Source: an uncultured Actinomycetes bacterium
GTDB lineage: Bacteria > Actinomycetota > UBA4738 > HRBIN12
Length of the DNA stretch: 64,000 bases
Assembly (NCBI GenBank): GCA_963832225.1
Contig: CAWHTI010000002.1
Location: 298-64,297, forward strand
Reading direction: 5' to 3'
Shown here: piece after piece, positions 38,421 through 49,357 of the stretch
Numbering within the stretch: position 1 is the first letter of the stretch
How the letters are laid out: each line of letters begins with the position of its first letter
Position numbers and translations under genes: made by a program
Notes under the pieces: model-generated
Seen by the model: the letters and a program-made list of their open reading frames with translations, nothing else
What the model was told of the DNA's origin: nothing
Database searches by the model: none

Positions 38421-40393
38421 ATGGGCAGGCACGGCCGCTTCTACGCGGCTCCCTCGCCGCACGACGACCGTCCGATCCAACGGAAGACGGTCCGTCGCGT
38501 GGTGGCCACCTTCCGCCCGTACAGGCGGAAGGTGGCCGTCGTCGCCCTGGCCATCGTGGTCACCTCGGGGCTCGGCGTCGCCAACCCCATCCTGATCAAG
38601 TGGATCTTCGACCGGACGCTCTTCGGGAACCCACCGGGGGACTGCGGCGGGTTCGCCTGCCCCCGGCTCGGCCTCCTCTACTTCTACGTGGGACTGATGA
38701 TCGTGATCCCGGTCGTCACGAGCATCATCGGGATCGGGCAGACCTACATGGCGAACCTGGTCGGCCTCCGCGTGATGCAGGACCTGCGCAACTCGCTGTA
38801 CGAGCACCTGCAGGCGATGCCGCTGCGCTTCTTCACCGGCACGCGGACCGGCGAGATCCAGTCCCGGCCTGTCGAACGACGTCGGCGGGGTGCAGTCCGT
38901 GGTGACGGACACCGCCTCCAACGTGCTGGCGAACGTCGTCGTCATCATCAGCACCCTCATCGCCATGCTGGTCCTCTCGGTCCCGCTCACGGTGCTGTCG
39001 CTCTTCCTGCTGCCGTTCTTCCTGTGGCTCATGGTCAAGGTCGGGCGTGCCCGGCGCGAGGTGGCAACGCGCACCCAGCAGACCATGGCCGACCTCACGT
39101 CGGTCACCGAGGAGACGCTCAGCGTGAGCGGCGTCCTGTTGTCGAAGTCCTTCGGACGGCAGCGTTACGAGACCGACCGGTTCGACGGCGGAGAACGAGC
39201 GGCTCACGGGGCTGCAGATCCGCCAGACCATGATCGGTCGCTCGTTCTTCGCGGTCGTCGGGACGTTCTTCTCGATCACCCCCGCACTGGTGTACCTCGT
39301 GGCCGGCTGGCAGCTCTCGCGCAACCCGGACGCCATCTCCGCCGGAACGATCGTGGCGTTCACCACCCTGCAGTCGCGGCTGTTCTTCCCGATCGGCTCG
39401 ATGCTGCAGGTCTCCACGGAGGTGCAGTCCTCCATGGCGCTGTTCGACCGGATCTTCGAGTACCTCGACATGCCGCAGGAGATCACGGATCCACCGGACG
39501 CCGTCCACCTCGCTCCCGAGCGCGTGGAGGGTCGCGTTCGGCTCCGGGACGTCCGGTTCCGATACGACGAGCCCGCCCCGGAGACACCGGTCGAGTGGGA
39601 GGTGGCCGACGGGCCGGACCAGCATGAGCGCCGCGAGTGGACGTTGGACGGGGTGGACCTGGCGATCGAGCCGGGCCAGCTCGCCGCGCTGGTCGGTCCC
39701 AGCGGCGCCGGCAAGACGACCATCACGTACCTCGTCCCCCGGCTGTACGACGTGCAGGAGGGCGGGGTGGAGATCGATGGATACGACGTGCGGCGGATCG
39801 CGCTGGAGACGATCGGCGACATCATCGGGGTCGTCACGCAGGAGACGTACCTGTTCCACAGCACGATCCGGCGCAACCTCCTGTACGGGCGCCCCGACGC
39901 CACGCAGGAGGACCTGGAGTCTGCCGCCCGCGCGGCCAACATCCACGACCGGATCGCGGAGCTGCCCGAGGGTTACGACACCATGGTGGGGGAGCGCGGC
40001 TACAAGCTGTCCGGCGGGGAGAAGCAGCGGCTCGCCATCGCCAGGGTGATCCTCAAGGATCCGCGGATCCTGATCCTGGACGAGGCGACCTCGTCATTGG
40101 ACAGCACGTCCGAACGGCTGGTGCAGTCCGCCCTGGAGCCGCTCATGCACGGCCGCACGACGATCGCGATCGCGCACCGACTGTCCACGATCCTGTCGGC
40201 GGACGTGATCTTCGTCGTCGACCGGGGCCGCATCGTGGAGCGCGGCTCCCACGCGGAGCTGCTCGCGGTCGGGGGCGTCTACGCCCGGCTGTACCAGCAG
40301 CAGTTCCGGGGTGGCCAGGTGCAGGCGGAGCTGGCGGACGGGGTGCTGCTGGCCTCGGGGGAGGTCGTTCCCTCCTCCGGCTCCGGGTCGTAG
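38421..40393 (+). pseudogene. ABC exporter, fused permease/ATPase (MsbA/MdlB-like); two single-base insertions
   Basis: The TMD contains FFTGTRTGEIQSR / LSNDVGGVQ. The NBD has GPSGAGKTT, LSGGEKQRLAIAR and ILILDEATSSLD. Frame hops are at ~38872 (cgg-cctg where ctg is expected) and ~39192 (ggc-ggag where gag is expected). Confidence 0.85.
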
Positions 40394-40401
40394 GCATCTT
40401 G

Positions 40402-40508
40402 GGGGGCTACCGCTTCGCTACTTGAGTCCTTGGGAATTGGGGGCTACCGCTTCGCTACTTGAGCCCTTGGGAATTGGGGGCTACCGCTTCGCTACTTGAG
40501 CCCTTCGG
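40402..40508. repeat. Tandem repeat, ~2.9 copies of a 37-bp unit
   Basis: The unit gggggctaccgcttcgctacttgagYccttgggaatt occurs at 40402-40438 and 40439-40475, with a partial copy from 40476. It lies between the convergent stops at 40393 and 40519. A related copy is at 53958-54014. Confidence 0.9.
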
Positions 40509-40518
40509 GCGCCGTCGG

Positions 40519-41016
40519 TCAGAGGCGCTTGGAGTAGGACAGCAGGACGAACCCGTCGTCGAAGGTCCGGTCGGGGCCCCGCTCGTAGCCCAGCGCCGGA
40601 TACATGGCCTGGGCGGCGTGCATCCGCCGGGTGGTGTTGAGCGTGATCCGCCGGCGCCCGCGTCGGCGCGCGAGGTCCTCGCAGGCCGACATGATCGCCC
40701 GGGCCACGCCGCGACCCCGTGCGTCGCCGGCAACACCGAGCATCCGGATGTGGGCCTCGCCGGGCGCGAGTGGATCGTCCTGCCCCTCCTCGATCCGTCC
40801 CTCGAGCTCGAGGGTCGCGCTGCCCAGGATGCGGGCCCCCTCCATCGCCACCAGCACGGTGGTCCGCTGGGCCCGCCCCGCCACGTCGGCGACCTCCTCG
40901 AGGTAGTCCTCCCACAGGGTCTCGCCGGGTCGCACGAACTCGCGATAGGCCTCGGCCGTGACCCGGCCGGCCTCGGCGTGCTCGTCCGGGCGTGCCTCGC
41001 GGACCTCGATCGCCAC
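40519..41016 (-). CDS. GNAT-family N-acetyltransferase
   Basis: The protein reads MAIEVREARPDEHAEAGRV..IRMLGVAGDARGRGVARAIMSACEDLARRRG..MHAAQAMYPALGY. Confidence 0.75.
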   Translation of the reverse strand: MAIEVREARPDEHAEAGRVTAEAYREFVRPGETLWEDYLEEVADVAGRAQRTTVLVAMEGARILGSATLELEGRIEEGQDDPLAPGEAHIRMLGVAGDARGRGVARAIMSACEDLARRRGRRRITLNTTRRMHAAQAMYPALGYERGPDRTFDDGFVLLSYSKRL

Positions 41017-41096
41017 CGCGGGAGGCTATCGAAGCCGCCGGCGGAGGAACCGTCAGGCTGATTGACCATCGGGCCGGTGGCCCGCACGATGGGAGC

Positions 41097-41594
41097 ATGG
41101 CTGGAACCGACCTGGGGCGGCTGCTGCTCGAGAGCCACCGCGCGCTGGCCACGGAGCTGGTGGCGCTGCTGGCCGAGCGGGGATATCCGGACATCCGGGC
41201 GGGCCACGCCGCCGTGTTCCTGCACATCGACCGACGGTCGGGCACCCGCCTCACGGAGCTGGCCAGGCGGGCTCGCATGACGAAGCAGGGGATGATGCTG
41301 GTCGTCGACGACCTCGAGGGACGGGGGTACGTCCGGCGCGTTCCCGACCCGGAGGACGGCCGGGCCAAGGTGGTGCGCCTCACCGCCCACGGCCGCCGAT
41401 GCGCGGCGGAGTCCCGCCGCGCGGCTCAGGTCCTGGAGTCGCAGACCCGGCGGCTGCTGGGGGACCGGCGCTACGAGACCCTTCGGGAGGCGCTGGAGGA
41501 GGTCGCCGAGACCCGCGGCGCGTTCGAGGAGGAATCGAGATCGCCCGCAACGATCATGACCGACCTGCGGGAAGCGACGGAGCTCAACGTCTAG
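41097..41594 (+). CDS. MarR-family transcriptional regulator
   Basis: It has the winged-helix block TRLTELARRARMTKQGMMLVVDDLEGRGYVRRVPDPEDGRAKVVRLT. It is divergent from the GNAT gene. Confidence 0.8.
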   Translation: MAGTDLGRLLLESHRALATELVALLAERGYPDIRAGHAAVFLHIDRRSGTRLTELARRARMTKQGMMLVVDDLEGRGYVRRVPDPEDGRAKVVRLTAHGRRCAAESRRAAQVLESQTRRLLGDRRYETLREALEEVAETRGAFEEESRSPATIMTDLREATELNV

Positions 41595-42715
41595 CCGGGC
41601 GACCGGACCTGCAGCGCCGTTCGTGATGCCGCGAACCGGGTGAGGTCGACCTCGGGTGACTCCCCCAGGGTGAGCCGGGCCAGCTGCTCGCCGATGAACG
41701 GCACGAACTTGAACCCGTGCCCACTGCACGGAGAGCCGATGACGATGGGTCCGACGCGGTCGATCACGAACTCCTCGTCCGGCGTGTTCGTGTAGAGGCA
41801 GGTGTCGGTGCGCCCGGTGGGGCGGTATCCGGTCACGTGCTCGGACGCGTAGCGCCGCACCCGCTCCACGCGGACCGGATCCGGATCGAACGTCCGCGCG
41901 TCGGCGTCCACCGAGGGGCCCGACATGTGCAGCGCGATCTTGAAGTGTCCCGGCTCGGACGGGTCGGGCACCCAGTACGGCGTCTGCACCGGGTCCTCGT
42001 CCCAATCGATCACCGTGGGGAGCGGCGAGGGATCGTCGAGCTCGAAGTACGTGACCTGCTCGAAGCTCGGAACGAGCGGGAGGTCGACCCCGGCGCTCCG
42101 GAGCAGCGCACCCGCCCACGGCCCGGCGGTCACCACCGCGACCGGTGCGCGCACGACCTCCCCGTCCGTCGTGACGACCTCCACGCCGTCGCCGGCGGGA
42201 CCGAGATGGTCCACCGTCGTCTGCTCGCGGATCGTCGCGCCGTGCTCCGCGGCGACCCGGGCCTGGGCCAGGACGGCACGCTCGGCGCGGCACACGCCGC
42301 CGTCCTCCTGCACGAAGATCTCGGCGTCGTCGGGGAACCGCAGCGCCGGCCAGCGCTCGCGCACCGCGGGCGCCGGCAGGTACTCGAACGACTCGCCGGC
42401 CGCCCGCAGCGCCTCGGCCGAGGAGCGGCCGCCGGCGCCGACGTCGAGCCCCGCGGTGTTGATCATCAGCGCCTCGCCGGCGTCCTGCTCCAGTTCCGTC
42501 CACGCCCGCAGCGCGTGCCGGGCCATCCGCACGTACTCGGGGTCGTGGTAGGTGAGCCGGAAGATGCGCGTCGGCCCCCCCGAGCTCCCGTTCGCGTGCC
42601 CGAGCGAGAACCGCTCCAGGAGCAGCGTGTCGCGGCCGCGAGCCGCGAGGGAGCGGGCCGCGGCCGTGCCCATGGCGCCGCCGCCCACCACGATCGCATC
42701 GAATCCCGAGACCAT
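41591..42715 (-). CDS. FAD-dependent oxidoreductase (monomeric sarcosine oxidase / N-methyltryptophan oxidase-like)
   Basis: It has the dinucleotide-binding motif FDAIVVGGGAMGTAAARSLA and a C-terminal CSGHGFKFVPFIGE. Confidence 0.75.
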   Translation of the reverse strand: MVSGFDAIVVGGGAMGTAAARSLAARGRDTLLLERFSLGHANGSSGGPTRIFRLTYHDPEYVRMARHALRAWTELEQDAGEALMINTAGLDVGAGGRSSAEALRAAGESFEYLPAPAVRERWPALRFPDDAEIFVQEDGGVCRAERAVLAQARVAAEHGATIREQTTVDHLGPAGDGVEVVTTDGEVVRAPVAVVTAGPWAGALLRSAGVDLPLVPSFEQVTYFELDDPSPLPTVIDWDEDPVQTPYWVPDPSEPGHFKIALHMSGPSVDADARTFDPDPVRVERVRRYASEHVTGYRPTGRTDTCLYTNTPDEEFVIDRVGPIVIGSPCSGHGFKFVPFIGEQLARLTLGESPEVDLTRFAASRTALQVRSPG

Positions 42716-42767
42716 CGTCGCCGGAGCTTAGCGGCGGCCCGGCACGGCGGCCGGACCCGAAGTCAAG

Positions 42768-44051
42768 GTGCTGGAAACCCGGGCCCCCAGCGCCCAGACT
42801 CGCCGCGTGGCGGATGACAGCGAGATCGAGGAGCTCGACGACGAGCTCGAGCCCGAGGGGTGGCAGACGCGATGGCCCACCATGTCGTACTGGGTCCGGG
42901 TCACCGTCACCGTGGCCCTCACGATGTACGTGCTGGGCCTCGCCCGCGCCGTCCTCAACGTCCTGATCCTCGTGCTGATCGCGTTGGTCCTGGCGGTCGG
43001 GTTGGACCCGGCCGTCCGCAGGTTGGTGTCGTCGGGGATGCGCCGGGGCGCGGCGGTCGCCCTGATCTTCTTGGCGTTCGTGGTGTTCATCTTCCTGTTC
43101 GGGCTCCTGGTGGTGCCACCGTTGGTGCACCAGGTCACCGGTCTCGCCGACGACGTGCCCAGGTATGCACGGGAGCTCTCGACGCGCGACGACTGGATCG
43201 GGGACTACTTCCGCGAGCACGACGTCACCGCCACGGTGCAGAACTTCATCTCGACGCTACCCGAGCGGATCAGCTCCTCGTTCGGCACGATCCTGGGCGT
43301 CGCCGGGCGGGTGGGCAGCGCCCTCTTCAACCTGGTGACCGTGGCGATCCTGACGATCTATTTCATGGTGTCGCTGCCGTCGATGCGCAGGACATCGACA
43401 CTCGTGCTGTCGGTGGGGCGGCGGGAACACGGCGCGCGCGTGATCGACCAGTCGGTCGAGAAGATCGGCGGCTACGTCTACGGCAACGTCATCACATCGG
43501 TGATCTGCGGGCTGCTGGCACTCATCGCGCTGCTGATCCTGGGTGTTCCGTTCGCGGTTCCCCTGGCGATGTGGGCGGGTCTGGCGGACCTGATCCCCGC
43601 CGTCGGTTCCTACGTCGGCGCGATCCCCGCGATCGTGGTCGCGTTCTTCGTTTCACCGGTCCGCGGCCTCATCACGCTCGGCTACTTCATCGGGTACCAG
43701 CAGTTCGAGAACTACGTGCTGGTGCCGAAGGTGATGCAGAACGCGGTGAACCTCTCCCCGGCGGCCGTGATCGTCAGCACGCTCATCGGGGGGAGCCTCT
43801 TCGGCTTCGCCGGCGCGCTGCTGGCGCTGCCGGTCGCGGCGACGGTCAAGGTGGTGATCGTCGAGACGTGGCTCCGTGAGCGTGGACGTCGCGGGGATCA
43901 GCTCGCGAAGGCGCACGTGGAGGCCGAGGTGCGAGCCGACCTGGAGGCCAAGGCCGGCGCGCAGGTGCGAGCCGAGAACCGCCGCCGGCTCCTGGAGCGC
44001 CTGCGCGCGAGGATGCGTCCACGGGACGACGGCGACGACCAGGGCTCCTGA
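42768..44051 (+). CDS. AI-2E family (PerM/YdiK-like) membrane transporter
   Basis: It is a multi-TM protein with LADLIPAVGSYVGAIPAIVVAF..GYQQFENYVLVPKVM..LSPAAVIVSTLIGGSLFGFAGALLALPVAA. The start may be the GTG at 42807. Confidence 0.75.
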   Translation: MLETRAPSAQTRRVADDSEIEELDDELEPEGWQTRWPTMSYWVRVTVTVALTMYVLGLARAVLNVLILVLIALVLAVGLDPAVRRLVSSGMRRGAAVALIFLAFVVFIFLFGLLVVPPLVHQVTGLADDVPRYARELSTRDDWIGDYFREHDVTATVQNFISTLPERISSSFGTILGVAGRVGSALFNLVTVAILTIYFMVSLPSMRRTSTLVLSVGRREHGARVIDQSVEKIGGYVYGNVITSVICGLLALIALLILGVPFAVPLAMWAGLADLIPAVGSYVGAIPAIVVAFFVSPVRGLITLGYFIGYQQFENYVLVPKVMQNAVNLSPAAVIVSTLIGGSLFGFAGALLALPVAATVKVVIVETWLRERGRRGDQLAKAHVEAEVRADLEAKAGAQVRAENRRRLLERLRARMRPRDDGDDQGS

Positions 44052-44089
44052 GGACCCCGGACCACACCCGATGGCCGGCGCCCGGTAGC

Positions 44090-44590
44090 ATGGCTGCCAT
44101 GCCGAAGGAGGCCACCGGCAAGACCGGGGTGCCGACCCCGAGCCGCAACAAGCCCGAGCGTCCGCGCGACGCGCTCGGCCGGCCGCTCGCCTGGGACGCG
44201 CGGCACGAGCTCGAGCTCGATGACTACGACGCCCTGTCCATGGACGAGAACGACCGCCTCGGCCGCGAGGCCGTCGCGGACGGCAGGTGGTTCCCTGCGC
44301 ACGAAGCCTGGGAGACGGCCTGGAAGCAGGCCAGGGGTACCGGCGACGAGGAGCTGTTCAAGGGCCTGTCGCAGATGGGGGCGGGATACGTCCACCTCAT
44401 GCGGGGGAACGCCCACGGGGCCATGACGCTGCTGCGCCGGGCCGCCGGGCGCGTGGGCCGCTACGACGACGGCCATCGCGGGATCGCGACGCTCGCGCTG
44501 CGGGACCGGCTGCTGGCGGACGCGGCCCGTGTGGAGGAGGGGACCCTCGTGCCGGGGCCGGACGCGGTGTTCGAGCCTCCCACCGTGTAG
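44090..44590 (+). CDS. DUF309-domain protein
   Basis: The protein reads DGRWFPAHEAWETAWKQ..ELFKGLSQMGAGYVHLMRGNAHGAMTLLRRA, the typical DUF309 core. Confidence 0.6.
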   Translation: MAAMPKEATGKTGVPTPSRNKPERPRDALGRPLAWDARHELELDDYDALSMDENDRLGREAVADGRWFPAHEAWETAWKQARGTGDEELFKGLSQMGAGYVHLMRGNAHGAMTLLRRAAGRVGRYDDGHRGIATLALRDRLLADAARVEEGTLVPGPDAVFEPPTV

Positions 44591-44660
44591 CCTTCTCACC
44601 TGCGGCGATGGCGGTCCCGGCTTGACGGGATCGCCGCCGCACGACGACGATGGGGATCGC

Positions 44661-45378
44661 ATGAGCCAGGGCTCGACCGAGATGGAGTGGCAGTGGCGGA
44701 CCGGCCCGTTCACCGTCCTGCTGAACCCCGGCGTCTTCAGCCCCACCCACACCAGCCGCACGCTCGCCGACGCGCTCGAGATCGGGCCCGGCGACACGGT
44801 CGTCGATGTCGGGTGCGGCAGCGGCGTGCTGTCGTTCGTGGCCGCCCGGCTGGGCGCCGAGCGCGTCATCGGCTGCGACATCTCCTCGGCGGCCGTGGTC
44901 GCGGCCGGCACGCAACGCGGAGCGGCTGGGCCTGTCCGACCGCGTGGAGTTCCGGACGGGCAGCCTGCTGGAACCGGTGCGCGACGTACGAGCCGACGTC
45001 CTGATCGGCGACGTCTCCGGCATCCCGGACGAGATCGCTCAGGTCGCCGGGTGGTTCCCCGACGGTCGCGCGGGCGGCCCCACCGGCGTGGAGCTGCCGC
45101 TGGAGATGATCGAGCAGATCGGCGACACCCTGGTGCCCGGCGGGCGCCTGTACCTGCCCACCGGCACGATCCAGGACGAGCGACGCATCATCGAGGCGGC
45201 CCGGCGGCTGTTCGGCGACAACATGGAGCCGGTCATGTCGCGGGAGTTCCCGCTGCCCGACATCGTCGGCAAGTCCGTCGCGGTGGCGCGGATGATGAAG
45301 GAGGGCCTGCTCAGCCTGCACAAGCGGGGCAGCCGCTGGCTCTGGCGACTGCAGATCTGGCGCTGCGTCCGCACCTAG
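44661..45378 (+). pseudogene. Class I SAM-dependent methyltransferase, one frame hop near ~44905
   Basis: It has the SAM motif VVDVGCGSGVLSFVAA..ERVIGCDIS, then NAERLGLSDRVEFRTGSL in the next frame (ORF 44806..45378). Confidence 0.7.
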
Positions 45379-45881
45379 TCCGCGGGCCGCAGGACCGCGA
45401 CGGCCTCGACGTCGTAGCCGGCCTCGCGCAGGTGGTCGGCGCCGCCCCGATCGATCGCGAGGACGATGCGTGCGATCGTCACGCCCGATCCCTGCAGCAC
45501 CTCCGCGGCGCGCCGGACCTGATGCCCGGTGGTGCTCACGTCCTCGATCAGCACGGCCACCGCGCCCGGGGGTGCGTGGCCCTCCACCTGGGACTGGGTG
45601 CCGTACGCCTTCGGCTCCTTCCGGACCACCGCGACCGGCAGATCGGTCTCCAGGGCCACCGCGGCCACCAGCAGGGTGGCGGCGCCCTCGGGGGCGGCGA
45701 GGTGGTCGGTGCCGGGAGGCAGGAGCTTCGCGACCTCCGACGCCAGATCGCGCAGGAGGTCGGGGCGGGTGAGGAACGCGAACTTGTCGAAGTACACCGA
45801 CGAGCGACGTCCGCTCGACAGCACGAACTCGCCGTGCAGCTCGGAGACCTCGACGAGCCGCCGCACCAGGTCGTCGTCCAC
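45375..45881 (-). CDS. pyrE: Orotate phosphoribosyltransferase-like (type I PRTase)
   Basis: The protein reads HGEFVLSSGRRSSVYFDKF and carries the PRPP-binding loop VAVLIEDVSTTGHQV. It is adjacent to pyrD. Confidence 0.7.
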   Translation of the reverse strand: MDDDLVRRLVEVSELHGEFVLSSGRRSSVYFDKFAFLTRPDLLRDLASEVAKLLPPGTDHLAAPEGAATLLVAAVALETDLPVAVVRKEPKAYGTQSQVEGHAPPGAVAVLIEDVSTTGHQVRRAAEVLQGSGVTIARIVLAIDRGGADHLREAGYDVEAVAVLRPAD

Positions 45882-45903
45882 GGTCCGCTAGCATAGGGGC
45901 TCG

Positions 45904-46887
45904 ATGGGCTGGTACCAGGCCGTCGGCCGCCCCGCGTTCCTCGCCCTCCCACCGGAGGCCGCCCACCGCGTTGCCAACGCGCTGCTCGGGTTGCCGCTCG
46001 CCTGGCGCCACATGGGCGGTGTGCCCGACGATCCGTCGCTGGCCACCACGGTGGCAGGGATCTCGTTGCGCACCCCGATCGGCCTGGCCGCCGGCTTCGA
46101 CAAGCGCTGTGCACATCTGGATGCGCTCGGCCGCCTGGGGTTCGGATACGTCGTGGGCGGCACGATCACGAGGGCGCCTCGGCGCGGCAACCCGAAGCCG
46201 CGGATCGTCCGGTACCCGCAGCGTCGATCCATGGTGAACGCGATGGGGCTGCCGAATCCGGGGGCCGAGGCTGCCGCCCGGAACCTCGCCCGGATCCCGA
46301 AAACCGCCCCTCGGTTCGTGAGCATCGCCGACGAGTCCGTGACGGATGCGACGGCCACGGCGGAGCTGCTCGCCCCCCACGCGGACGCCCTCGAGCTGAA
46401 CGCCGGCTGCCCCAACGTGGCCTGGGGACGGGACCGGGACAACGAGGCGCACCTCGCCGGCCTGCTGGATTCCCTGTCGGCCAGGATCCCCCTCCCGGTG
46501 TTCGTGAAGCTGCCGCCGTTCGCGGGCGGGGTCGAGCGCGAGGTCGTGCTGGCCCTGGCCGCGATCGCCGCCGAGCACGGCGCGGCCGGCATCACGTGTG
46601 CCAACACGAGGCCCCACGAGGAGCCTCGCCTCGCCGTGGGCATGGGCGGGCTGTCCGGACGCGACCTGTCCGCGTCGACGCCCGGGATGGTGGCGGACGT
46701 GCGCGCCGCCACGGGGCTGCCGATCCACGCGTGCGGCGGGGTCGCCACCGCCCAGGACGTGCGTGCCTGCCTCGAGGCCGGCGCGGTCACCGTGCAGATC
46801 TACACCGCGCTCGTGTACGAGGGGCCCCGCGTGGTCGGCGATCTGTGCGCGGGCCTGCCGACGGGTCGGGTGCCCGCCAGGACGTAG
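45904..46887 (+). CDS. pyrD: Dihydroorotate dehydrogenase
   Basis: The protein reads PIGLAAGFDK..GFGYVVGGTIT..GNPKPRI..NAMGLPNPG..LELNAGCPN..VFVKLPP..NT..GGLSG..ACGGV..GA..VQIYTALVYEGP. Confidence 0.8.
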   Translation: MGWYQAVGRPAFLALPPEAAHRVANALLGLPLAWRHMGGVPDDPSLATTVAGISLRTPIGLAAGFDKRCAHLDALGRLGFGYVVGGTITRAPRRGNPKPRIVRYPQRRSMVNAMGLPNPGAEAAARNLARIPKTAPRFVSIADESVTDATATAELLAPHADALELNAGCPNVAWGRDRDNEAHLAGLLDSLSARIPLPVFVKLPPFAGGVEREVVLALAAIAAEHGAAGITCANTRPHEEPRLAVGMGGLSGRDLSASTPGMVADVRAATGLPIHACGGVATAQDVRACLEAGAVTVQIYTALVYEGPRVVGDLCAGLPTGRVPART

Positions 46888-47007
46888 CACGGGTACGACG
46901 CTTCCTTGCCGCGACCCTCGTCTGCGGTCAAGATGGGCTCGTCCAGCGACCCGGGCCCGGCCCGGCGGGGGGGTGGCGTGGCCGAGGCCGCGAGCGAGAC
47001 CATCGGG

Positions 47008-48100
47008 ATGCGTGCTCCGGAGTCCGACGGTGTGGCCGTCCGGATGGACGGCGTGGTGAAGCGGTTCGGCGACTTCACGGCGGTCGACGGCATCGACCTG
47101 GACGTACGCCGAAGCGAGTTCTTCTCCATGCTCGGACCGTCGGGTTCCGGCAAGACCACCTGCCTGCGGATGATCGCGGGCTTCGAGCGACCCACGCAGG
47201 GACGGATCCTGCTCGAGGGGCGCGACGTCTCCGGCCTGGCCCCGTACGACCGGGACGTCAACACCGTCTTCCAGGACTACGCGCTGTTCCCGCACATGAC
47301 CGTCGAGCAGAACGTCGAGTACGGGCTGCGGGTGAAGAAGGTCCCGCGCGACGAGCGGCGTCGGCGCGCTCGCCGAAGCGCTCGACATGGTGCGCCTCGA
47401 CGAGTTCGGAGGGCGCAAGCCCGGGCAGTTGTCCGGCGGCCAGCGGCAACGGGTCGCGCTGGCCCGCGCGCTCGTGAATCGGCCCAAGGTGCTGCTGCTG
47501 GACGAGCCGCTCGGAGCGCTCGATCTGAAGCTCCGGCAGGCGATGCAGATCGAGCTGAAGGAGATCCAGCAGACCGTGGGGCTCACGTTCATCTACGTCA
47601 CCCACGACCAGGAGGAGGCGCTCACCATGAGCGACCGCATGGCCGTGTTCAATGCCGGCCGTGTCGAACAGGTCGGAACGCCCGCGGAGGTCTACGAGCG
47701 GCCGGCGACCGGGTTCGTGGCGGGGTTCGTCGGCGTGTCCAACGTGCTGGAGGGGCCCGTCGCACGGGCGATCGCCGGTGAGGACCGTCCGATCACGGTT
47801 CGGCCCGAGAAGATCGCCATGGTGGATCTGGACGCGGCGGTGGGTCCGGATCAGTGCTCGGCAACCGGACGCGTGCGCGACGTCGTATACCTGGGTGCCA
47901 TGACCCGGTACATCGTCGCCCTCGACGGCGGCGGCGAGCTGGTCGTGATGCAGCAGAACCTGGCGATGTCCTCGATGGAGGCGCTGCAGGTGCAGGGGCA
48001 AGCGGGTGCGGCTCGATCTGGAGCCGCGCCAACAACCGCCCGGTCGACGCGGCCGGCGGGCGGAGAGGGATCCTCGGACCCGGAGGAGGGGAAGGCATGA
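47008..48100 (+). pseudogene. potA: ABC importer ATPase (PotA/spermidine-putrescine type), frameshifted; start uncertain (46906-47008)
   Basis: Pieces are [44 protein letters not shown] then [36 protein letters not shown]. There is a frame hop at ~47370 and probably more near 48000. Confidence 0.8.
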
Positions 48101-49343
48101 GGAGGATCAGCAGATGGCTGGCCGCGCTCGCGGTGCTCACGCTCGTGGCTGCGGCGTGCGCCGACGACGAGCACCGACACGGGCTCGACCGGACGGCGGC
48201 ACCGATGCGCCGGCCGTGGAAGTGGTCGGCGAGATCGGGGAGACCGAGGGCGCGCTGAACCTGATCGCGTGGAACGGCTACACCGAGGACGGCACGGACT
48301 ACAGCTCGACTACGACTGGGTGACGCCGTTCGAGGAGGAGTCCGGCTGCAAGGTCGAGCGTGAAGTACGCGGACACGTCCGACGAGATGGTCACGCTGAT
48401 GCGGCAGGGCGGAGACTACGACGGCGTGTCGGCGTCGGGCGACGCGTCGAACCGATTGATCGCCGGCGGAAACGTCGCGGCCGTCGACCCGGCGCTGTTC
48501 CCCGAGTTCGCCAACGTGATCGGGCCGCTCAACCCCGAGGGCGGGACGAACAACTCCCACTACGTCGTCGACGGATACGTGTACGGCGTGCCCTGGATGT
48601 ACGGGCCGAACTTCCTGATGTACAACACCGACGTCGTGGACCCGGCGCCCACGAGCTGGGACGTCACGTTCGAGGCGAACTCGCCGTACTCCGGGAACCT
48701 GACGGCCTACGACAGCCCGATCTTCATCGCCGACGCGGCCATGTACCTCATGGCGCACCAACCCGGACCTGGGGATCGAGGACCCGTACGAGCTCACGCC
48801 GGAGCAGCTGGACGCGGCCGTCGAGCTGCTGAAGCAGCAGTCGGAGATGATCAGCAAGTACTGGGCGCTCTACACGGACGAGATCGACGGGTTCGTCGAC
48901 GGCAGCATGGTGGCCGGCACCGCCTGGCCCATCAACCTGACGTACGCGAAGGCCGACGTGACCGGTCCAGGCCGTGATCCCCGACGAGGGCGTGACCGGC
49001 TGGGCCGACACCTGGATGATGAACAAGGATGCCGCGAACCCCAACTGCATGCTCGAGTGGATGGAGTACTGCGATGCAGCCGGCGAGGTGCAGGCGACGA
49101 CCGGCATCTTCTACGGCGCCGCGGGCTAGAACATCGCGTCCTGCGACATCATCGCGAGGCACGCTCGGCAAGGGCGGCAAGGAGCTCATCGACACCGTGG
49201 AGTACAGCTTCTGCGGCAACGAGGACTTCCTGAACTCGCTCTACCTGTGGAAGACGCCGCAGGAGACGAACGCCGAGGGTCAGGGCGGCTTCACCGACTA
49301 CTCGGTGTGGTCGCAGAAGTGGACGGAGATCCGCGGGGCGTAG
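48097..49343 (+). pseudogene. ABC importer periplasmic binding lipoprotein (PotD/PotF-like), several frame hops
   Basis: It has lipobox [21 protein letters not shown]. Pieces LNLIAWNGYTEDG, VSASGDASNRLIAGG, VPWMYGPNFLMYN and VTGWADTWMM lie in different frames, and there is an in-frame TAG near 49126. It ends ..WSQKWTEIRGA*. Confidence 0.7.
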
Positions 49344-49357
49344 CGCTCGCGGGGCGC

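Noticed and set aside
40398-40508. Possible CRISPR array, suggested by regular 37-bp repeats
   Set aside because: The repeats are directly adjacent with no unique spacers. There are only ~3 copies and no cas genes or leader, so this is a plain tandem repeat.
40455-43220. Very long ORFs suggesting large novel proteins: 921 aa (40455..43220, minus), 908 aa (44866..47592, minus), 791 aa (30789..33164, minus), 762 aa (13645..15933, plus), 687 aa (190..2253, plus), 619 aa (55591..57450, minus)
   Set aside because: All are antisense to, or out of frame with, genes that have clear homology. They are Arg/Pro/Gly/Ala-rich low-complexity translations, typical of stop-poor shadow frames in high-GC DNA.
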